Translations under genes and position numbers: made by a program
Notes under the pieces: model-generated
Told to the model about the DNA's origin: nothing
Database searches by the model: none
The model's input: the letters and a program-made list of their open reading frames with translations, nothing else
Part shown: one piece after another, positions 16,398 through 22,605 of the stretch
How positions within the stretch are numbered: position 1 is the first letter of the stretch
Layout: each line of letters starts with the position of its first letter
Assembly (NCBI GenBank): GCA_019358935.1
Contig: JAHHIK010000125.1
Location: 1 to 22,605, forward strand
Reading direction: 5' to 3'
Source: Tolypothrix carrinoi HA7290-LM1
GTDB lineage: Bacteria; Cyanobacteriota; Cyanobacteriia; Cyanobacteriales; Nostocaceae
DNA length: 22,605 nucleotides

Positions 16398-16413
16398 TGT
16401 GATTTAAGTAACA
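16398..16413. promoter_or_regulatory. Candidate CRP-binding site upstream of sphR
   Basis: TGTGA-TTTAAG-TAACA, one mismatch from TGTGA-N6-TCACA; -10-like TAAGAT at 16457-16462. Confidence 0.45.
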
Positions 16414-16505
16414 ACTTTTTTTTGAATCTTCTTTAACTTTGATGCTGGCACTGATATAAGATAAATGTATTGATACAGGCACAAGCCCCAAACTTTGTGA
16501 TCCCG

Positions 16506-17258
16506 ATGTATACAAGTGAGTTGACTAAGTATCCTCCCAGAACAGAGATTGCAAACACAAGCCGCATTCTCGTGGTAGAAGATGAAGAATTAATTCGGGA
16601 AATGTTGGTTGTCGCTTTGGAGGAGGAGGGTTACGGGGTGGTAACTGCCTCGGATGGACGAACGGCTATAGAATATCTGAAAAATTTTGAACCCAACTCA
16701 GGAGAGGTTGTTTTTGACTTAGTTATCCTTGATTTGATGCTGCCTCAAATCAATGGACTGGATATTTGCCGCTTGCTGCGTCATCAAGGAAATCCAGTAC
16801 CAATTTTGATGCTGAGTGCTAAAGGTAGTGAAACTGACCGCGTTTTGGGTTTAGAAGTCGGGGCAGATGATTATCTGACTAAACCTTTTAGTATGCGGGA
16901 GTTAGTCGCTCGTTGTCGAGCTTTACTTCGGCGTCAACGCTTAAGCACTTTGCCGGTAGTGCCAGTTTTACATTATAAAGAAGTGACATTAAATCCCCAA
17001 GAGTGTCGCGTCATGGTTCGCGGTCAAGAAGTGAATTTATCGCCAAAAGAGTTCCGCCTTTTAGAATTGTTCATGAGTTATGCTCGTCGGGTATGGTCGC
17101 GAGAACAATTGCTAGATCAAGTTTGGGGTCCGGATTTTGTCGGGGATAGTAAAACTGTAGACGTTCACATCCGCTGGCTACGCGAAAAATTAGAGCTTGA
17201 TCCCAGTCGTCCGGAATATATCGTGACTGTGAGAGGTTTTGGCTATCGATTTGGATAA
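16506..17258 (+). CDS. sphR: OmpR/PhoB-family response regulator SphR; ATG 16506 preferred
   Basis: Receiver domain ILVVEDE..DLVILDLMLP..KPF, winged helix KTVDVHIRWLREKLE, upstream of the kinase and phoU. Confidence 0.92.
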   Translation: MYTSELTKYPPRTEIANTSRILVVEDEELIREMLVVALEEEGYGVVTASDGRTAIEYLKNFEPNSGEVVFDLVILDLMLPQINGLDICRLLRHQGNPVPILMLSAKGSETDRVLGLEVGADDYLTKPFSMRELVARCRALLRRQRLSTLPVVPVLHYKEVTLNPQECRVMVRGQEVNLSPKEFRLLELFMSYARRVWSREQLLDQVWGPDFVGDSKTVDVHIRWLREKLELDPSRPEYIVTVRGFGYRFG

Positions 17259-17312
17259 TTGATGACGATAGTTGTTAGTTTTTAGTTGTCATCAAGTAAC
17301 TAAAAACTGGCG

Positions 17313-18644
17313 ATGCTGGTATTGGTTTTTTTTCTGGGTTTAGCCATAGGCATTGGGTTTTGGATTTGGCAACAAATTCAACTAAATCGCTATTTGGGAC
17401 GAGTCCTGCGACCTTTTGCCCCCCATTCTTCTCAGGTAATGCTACCGCTGATTCCTCGTTTGCGGGATAAAATTGCCTTGGTTGAGCAGCATCAGCAAGA
17501 TTTACAGCAGTCGCTGCAAACTTATGAAAAAGTGCTGGATTTTGCACCAGTGGGGTATTTGCAAGTTGATGAAGAAAATCAACTGCTGTGGTGCAATCAG
17601 CAGGCAAGAGAGATATTGTATTTGCAAAGGTGGCAACCAGGACAGGTGCGCTTATTGCTAGAACTGGTAAGATCCTATGAACTGGATCGGTTAATTGAGC
17701 AAACGCGCGATCGCTCTTCTTGCCAAATCAAAGAATGGGTGTTTCACCCCTCTTATGAAAACGCCGCAGCTATGTTAGAATTAAAGCCTTTAGCTTTGCG
17801 AGCATCCAGCTTGCCCTTACCCAATGGACAAGTAGGGGTATTTCTGGAAAATCGCCAACCACTGCTAGATATGAACGCAGCACGCGATCGCGCATTTTCC
17901 GATCTGGCACACGAACTGAAAACTCCCCTAACTTCGATTCGTCTGGTCGTAGAAACATTACAAAACCGCTTAGAATCACCTTTAAATCGTTGGGTTGACC
18001 GCTTAATGCAAGAAGTTGACCGATTAATTAACTTAGTGCATACCTGGTTAGAACTCACCCAAATAGAAAATAATCCAGGAATTGAACTACATCCAGAAGT
18101 AGTAGAAGTGCGATCGCTAATTGCCTCTGTCTGGGCAACACTAGAACCGATAGCACAGCAACAGCAACTAACTCTTGACTCAAAAGGAGGCGAAAATCTC
18201 TGGATTAAAGCAGATAAATCGCGAATTTACCAAGTATTTCTCAATTTGCTCGATAACAGCATCAAATACAGTCACCCAGGTACAAAAATTTACGTAGAGG
18301 CGAAAATCATCCCCATAAATAATAACTATGGTGACAATTCTTCTCCCCAAAGTCTGGAAATCAATATAATAGATTCCGGATTCGGTTTTTCGGCAAGCGA
18401 TTTGCCTTATGTTTTTGAACGATTTTACCGGGGAGATACAGCCAGAAGTCGGAAGGAACAATCACCTATAAACTCAAAAACGGGAATTGTTGGAACTGGT
18501 TTAGGTTTGGCGATCGTTAAACAAATCGTCCAAGCACACGGAGGTTCGATTAAAGCCATGAATCATCCCGAAACAAAAGGTGCATGGCTGCAAATTGTAT
18601 TCCCAGAAGTAGTGGCAAACTCCCAAAGCCAAGACTATAGTTAA
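17313..18644 (+). CDS. sphS: Sensor histidine kinase SphS (PhoR-like)
   Basis: N-terminal TM, PAS-like region, H-box DLAHELKTPL, N-box NLLDNSIKY, DSGFG, FERFYRGD, GTGLGLAIV. Confidence 0.92.
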   Translation: MLVLVFFLGLAIGIGFWIWQQIQLNRYLGRVLRPFAPHSSQVMLPLIPRLRDKIALVEQHQQDLQQSLQTYEKVLDFAPVGYLQVDEENQLLWCNQQAREILYLQRWQPGQVRLLLELVRSYELDRLIEQTRDRSSCQIKEWVFHPSYENAAAMLELKPLALRASSLPLPNGQVGVFLENRQPLLDMNAARDRAFSDLAHELKTPLTSIRLVVETLQNRLESPLNRWVDRLMQEVDRLINLVHTWLELTQIENNPGIELHPEVVEVRSLIASVWATLEPIAQQQQLTLDSKGGENLWIKADKSRIYQVFLNLLDNSIKYSHPGTKIYVEAKIIPINNNYGDNSSPQSLEINIIDSGFGFSASDLPYVFERFYRGDTARSRKEQSPINSKTGIVGTGLGLAIVKQIVQAHGGSIKAMNHPETKGAWLQIVFPEVVANSQSQDYS

Positions 18645-18671
18645 ACAATATCTTCATGTTTGAGACGAAAA

Positions 18672-19343
18672 ATGACCAAAGCAGTCCTTGATAGTCCCAA
18701 TCCTGAAAGACCCCAGCTAGCACGCGCTATGAGACGTTTAGAACGGGATGTGTTACGTATGGGTGCTTTGGTCGAACAATCATTTCGCCTCAGTCACCAA
18801 GCTTTAATCGCCCGGAATTTAACCGCAGCTGAGGAACTTCCCCGATTAGATAAAAAAATTGACCGCTTTTATAAACAAATCGAATTAGATTGTACAGCAA
18901 TCATGACCCTGCAAGCACCGACAGCTCAAGATTTGCGATCCTTGAGTGCTATTATGCAGTTGGTGCGGGACCTGGAACGCATCGGCGATTATGCTAAAGA
19001 TTTAGCTGAAATTGCCGTGAAAATCTTTCCTTATCCGCCTCATGATACTTTACCAGAAATTGCCCTCATGTTTCACCACGCCCAGGCAATGCTAGCTACT
19101 AGTTTGGTGGCTTTGGCAGATTTGGATGAAGTTAGTGGACGCAGTATCAAACGTTTAGATGATGCTGTAGATAATGCTTACGATCGCGTTTATCAAACTT
19201 TAGCTTACCAACGAGATGTCCCAGGTGTAGTTGAACCAATTGTTTTGCTAGCTTTAGCAATTCGTTGTCTCGAACGTATGGCAGATCACGCCACCAACAT
19301 CGGTCAACGAGTAGCATACATCGTTACCGGTCAACGCGGTTAA
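18672..19343 (+). CDS. phoU: Phosphate signalling complex protein PhoU (SphU)
   Basis: Motifs QAPTAQDLR, DLERIGDYA, LERMADHATNI. Confidence 0.95.
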   Translation: MTKAVLDSPNPERPQLARAMRRLERDVLRMGALVEQSFRLSHQALIARNLTAAEELPRLDKKIDRFYKQIELDCTAIMTLQAPTAQDLRSLSAIMQLVRDLERIGDYAKDLAEIAVKIFPYPPHDTLPEIALMFHHAQAMLATSLVALADLDEVSGRSIKRLDDAVDNAYDRVYQTLAYQRDVPGVVEPIVLLALAIRCLERMADHATNIGQRVAYIVTGQRG

Positions 19344-19346
19344 TTG

Positions 19347-19428
19347 CGGCATTGGGCATTGGGAATTGGGCATGGGGCATGGGGCATTGGGCATTGGGCA
19401 TGGGGCACGCCCAATTCCCCATTCCCCA
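19347..19428. repeat. STRR arrays after phoU (possible terminator hairpin)
   Basis: (TTGGGCA/TGGGGCA)n followed by CCCAATT CCCCATT. Confidence 0.85.
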
Positions 19429-19691
19429 GACAATTTAGAAATTTTGTAGTAGTGGATACCGGTTTTCCACAATTTTTTTTGGTAATCTGTGACAAGAAAT
19501 TAATTCTTAGTAAAAAACATACATTACATTTAAATGTAACTTTTGGTTAAACTCTAAAAATTAAAGTAATAATCAGGTAAGTTGAAAATTTATTTTTATA
19601 CTACTGAAATAATGGTATTTAATAAAACATATAAATACAGAGATAAATATTTTTTGTTCAAGCAAATCAAATATTTGTTAAATAACATACA

Positions 19692-19735
19692 TTTCACGAA
19701 AAGCTTACCTGTTCTTAATCTTTGACGTTTAAAGT
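19692..19735 (+). promoter_or_regulatory. Putative Pho box (SphR site) with -10 element for phoX
   Basis: Units at 11-bp period: TTTCACGA (19692), GCTTACCT (19703), CTTAATCT (19714), compared with the cyanobacterial CTTAACCT consensus; TAAAGT at 19730-19735. Confidence 0.6.
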
Positions 19736-19806
19736 AACCAAAGATCGGCATTGCTGAATGCTCCTTTATATCTCACTCTCTGTTTATGCTGTAATCGATA
19801 AAACTG

Positions 19807-22044
19807 ATGAGTATCAAACGTCGGGAATTCTTGCTGTTATTGGGAGGAAGTGCAGGTGCAGCAGCACTTGGCTCTGTGGGTGTATGTGATAAAAAAAATA
19901 CATTACAGCAAGTAGCTACCACGGTAAATTCATTTTTATTTCAACCGATAAAAGGTGCTATACCCTTAGAAACGGCAGGCTTAAAACCAGAGCAGCAAAA
20001 AGAAATTTACAGCACCCATGAAGTAGTAGATGATTTAGTACTACCACAAGGCTTTCAATACCAAGTTATTGCAGCTTGGGGTGATAAAGTCGGTGATTCG
20101 CGGTTTGGTTACAACAACGATTATTTATCTTTTGTCCCAACAACTGAAAACCAAGGATATCTCTCAGTTAACTTTGAATATATCAGTGCCATCCCCTGGA
20201 TGCAGACATATCAGCAAGTAATAGGCAAATCATTACCATTTGCAGAGGTAAAAACAGCACTGAATTTGAACGCATCGGGTAAAAATGAAATTAATGCTTA
20301 TGCTTTGCCAGATAAAGATCCAATAAAAGCGAAAATCAAGGAAATTTGCTCAGAAGCGCTTTTAGATCAAGGATTGGGGATTATCTCGATTCGGAAAACA
20401 GCTTCGGGTAAATGGGAAAGAACTAATTCTCCAAGCGATCGCCGCATAAGTGGCATTTCTGGCTTAGAAGACAAGCGTTATTTAAAAGCAACCGGTCCTG
20501 CGGTAGCGGTGTTTCGCAAAAAGCAAGGACAGGGATATATTGATAAATTAGGCGATCGCATTATCGGTTCTTTCGCTAACTGCGCCGGCGGAACAACACC
20601 TTGGGGTACAGTTTTAAGTGCCGAAGAAAACTTTCAAGCGCAAGTACCAGAATTAGTATATGCCGATGGAACATCCTTAGACCCAAGTAAACGTCCTTTT
20701 GCTTTGGGTGATGAAGAACTTTTCGGACAAGGTAATGTTTTCGGATTAGCGGGAAATAAATATGGCTGGATTGTCGAAGTCGATCCAGCAAACCCGAATG
20801 ATTACGGCACAAAACACACTTGGTTAGGACGATATCATCATGAAGCTGTTGGTGTGCGGGTTGAAGCGGGGAAACAATTAGCATTTTATTCGGGATGCGA
20901 TCGCCGGGGAGGACATATCTATAAATTTGTGAGTAGCGATCGCGTCACCAACCCCAAAGATAAAGCTAATTCCCAACTGTTGCAAAAAGGAATGCTTTAC
21001 GCTGCCAAATTTAACCCTGATGGTACCGGTCGCTGGATTCCCCTAAAAGCAGACACACCCGTAGATCCAGATATTCCTAAGCTAATCGCAGGAAACATCA
21101 TCCGTCTACCAAAAGGTGCGACAAGCGAAAAAGGCAAAGTCAATTTTCAACCTTTACCAGAACCAATCGAAGGAGTTAATCTACAAATCACCAAAGACGA
21201 AGAAATCAGCTTTTTTAAGCAAAACTACAAAAAGTTAGGCGACCTTTACACCGGTAATAGTGAAGAACAGCAAGGTGCAATTTTAATTGACGCACATTAT
21301 GCCGCAAATGCCGCCGGTGCTACCTGCACAGCGCGTCCCGAAGATACGGAAATTGCTCCCAATGGCGATTTGTACATTAGCTTTACCTCTGGTTCTCCTG
21401 ATAAAGAGGGTGGTCCAGATATGAGAGTTTTCAAAAGTCCTAAAGGTGAAGCACCCTATGAGTATGGCTGGGTGATGCGTTTAACTGAAGACAACAACGA
21501 TCCCGCTGCCGATAAATTTAAATGGCAAATGTTAGCAACAGGAGGTGAACCCGCAGCAGGTGGTATGGGTTTTGCCAATCCAGATAATTTGCTGTTAGAT
21601 CGTAGCGGAAATGTCTGGATGGTAACAGATATGTCCAGCGGTAAAATGAATAGTGCCATCATTAATCGCGTTAATGACCAAGGTAAACCTGCTAACATAT
21701 CGGGTTTGTTTGGTAACAACGCTCTGTGGTTTATTCCCACCAGTGGTGAAGAAGCAGGTAAAGCTTTTCTATTTGCCACAGGACCTATGGAATGCGAAAC
21801 CACAGGTCCGTGCTTCACTCTTGACGAGCAAACAATGTTCCTCTCAGTCCAGCATCCAGGTGAAAGCAACGGTATACGTAAAAACCAAGCTTCAGAAAGC
21901 AGAGAATTTTTAGTTACCACTACCACAGGTGAAGAATTTATGCAAACTCGCCAAGTTCCGATTGGCTCGAATTGGCCCAGCAAAACTCCCAATTCTCCAC
22001 CGAAGCCAGCAGTTGTTGCGATTACTAAATCTTCATCTACTTGA
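19807..22044 (+). CDS. phoX: PhoX-family alkaline phosphatase with Tat signal peptide
   Basis: Tat motif IKRREFL; FGYNNDY, NCAGGTTPWGTVLSAEENF, YGWIVEVDP, LGRYHHE, RPED, NPDNL, ETTGP, SVQHPGE. Confidence 0.93.
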   Translation: MSIKRREFLLLLGGSAGAAALGSVGVCDKKNTLQQVATTVNSFLFQPIKGAIPLETAGLKPEQQKEIYSTHEVVDDLVLPQGFQYQVIAAWGDKVGDSRFGYNNDYLSFVPTTENQGYLSVNFEYISAIPWMQTYQQVIGKSLPFAEVKTALNLNASGKNEINAYALPDKDPIKAKIKEICSEALLDQGLGIISIRKTASGKWERTNSPSDRRISGISGLEDKRYLKATGPAVAVFRKKQGQGYIDKLGDRIIGSFANCAGGTTPWGTVLSAEENFQAQVPELVYADGTSLDPSKRPFALGDEELFGQGNVFGLAGNKYGWIVEVDPANPNDYGTKHTWLGRYHHEAVGVRVEAGKQLAFYSGCDRRGGHIYKFVSSDRVTNPKDKANSQLLQKGMLYAAKFNPDGTGRWIPLKADTPVDPDIPKLIAGNIIRLPKGATSEKGKVNFQPLPEPIEGVNLQITKDEEISFFKQNYKKLGDLYTGNSEEQQGAILIDAHYAANAAGATCTARPEDTEIAPNGDLYISFTSGSPDKEGGPDMRVFKSPKGEAPYEYGWVMRLTEDNNDPAADKFKWQMLATGGEPAAGGMGFANPDNLLLDRSGNVWMVTDMSSGKMNSAIINRVNDQGKPANISGLFGNNALWFIPTSGEEAGKAFLFATGPMECETTGPCFTLDEQTMFLSVQHPGESNGIRKNQASESREFLVTTTTGEEFMQTRQVPIGSNWPSKTPNSPPKPAVVAITKSSST

Positions 22045-22376
22045 CAAATTATTTCAATAATAGTAGGCTAATGACAATTTAATAGAGCATCTTTTATACA
22101 AATCATTAGCAAATTTTAAACTGCAATATATAAAATTCACCTGACAATATGTGATGCTAATGCCATGTCATAACTTCTAAAAGCTACCACCCGATTTGAG
22201 TAACGCTTCCTCAGGCGGTATGACCTGCTCAAATTATTAGTTGAATAATTTACAGACACTATTTGGCAATTGAATTTGAGATTTGCCCATGATTCAAATT
22301 ATATCAACTTACCTTAAAGCGGTTTTTCCTTTGAAAACATCTATCCTTTGACTGAAAGAGCGTGGTGATGAGTGTT

Positions 22377-22605
22377 CTAGAGTGCCAGTCCAGTAGAAGT
22401 AATTGACAAAAAATACAGTTATTGCAGAGGCTAAGATTGAAGAATATAGTATCAGGAGTGTATAAAGATGCGTCCCTCACTCTGGAATCCTCCCAAAGAA
22501 TTATCACTGACAGAAGAGAAAGTAGTAAAACGTATACGTAAAGCCAAGTTGTTCGTATTTTTAAGGGAGATGCGCCACGAACTATTTGATTCAGATTTTC
22601 AGTTA
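22377..22605 (+). mobile_element. Left end of an IS1182-like insertion sequence; boundary approximate
   Basis: Candidate terminal repeat CTAGAGTGCCAGTCCA precedes the transposase start; TTGCAG-N17-TATAGT at 22422-22450. Confidence 0.6.
22468..22605 (+). CDS. Transposase N-terminus (IS1182-like), truncated by the window edge; absent from the ORF track
   Basis: MRPSLWNPPKELSLTEEKVVKRIRKAKLFVFLREMRHELFDSDFQL; AGGAG at 22454-22458. Confidence 0.72.
   Translation, partial: MRPSLWNPPKELSLTEEKVVKRIRKAKLFVFLREMRHELFDSDFQL

Noticed and set aside
1516..21992. Antisense and alternate-frame ORFs overlapping confident genes (e.g. 1516..1938, 14315..14635, 17275..17607, 21456..21992)
   Set aside because: They are shadow ORFs with no independent evidence.
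22176..22291. Possible minus-strand pseudogene (MGKSQIQLPNSVCKLFN*..FEQVIPPEEALLKSGGSF*)
   Set aside because: It is short, interrupted and not similar to anything I recognise.

Overview
Chromosomal window from a filamentous cyanobacterium, probably Nostocales, judging by the frequent HIP1 GCGATCGC octamers, heptamer STRR arrays and short dispersed palindromic repeats. The left edge is nested mobile DNA. Positions 1-126 are the 3' end of a group II intron (domains V and VI) that interrupts an IS200/IS605 tnpB gene. The 3' exon (127-655) keeps its RuvC and zinc-finger motifs, an omegaRNA-like scaffold and a right end at about 660. Core genes follow: a small coiled-coil protein, cobT, DUF2232, a SyCRP1-like Crp, a 1312-aa coiled-coil plus Hsp70/actin-like protein, a sugar transferase, an ABC permease, 5-formyl-THF cyclo-ligase and an ABC ATPase. 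Next come a divergent pair of predicted peptidoglycan enzymes, the sphR-sphS-phoU cluster, phoX, and the start of an IS1182-like element at the right edge. The most notable unexplained non-coding features are a tandemly duplicated, structured 193-bp unit (11587-11971) that may be an sRNA gene pair, nested ~45-bp palindromic elements sharing a G^CCCAA target, several long perfect inverted repeats, and a CRP-like site upstream of sphR. All family assignments come from motif recognition by eye; no searches were run.
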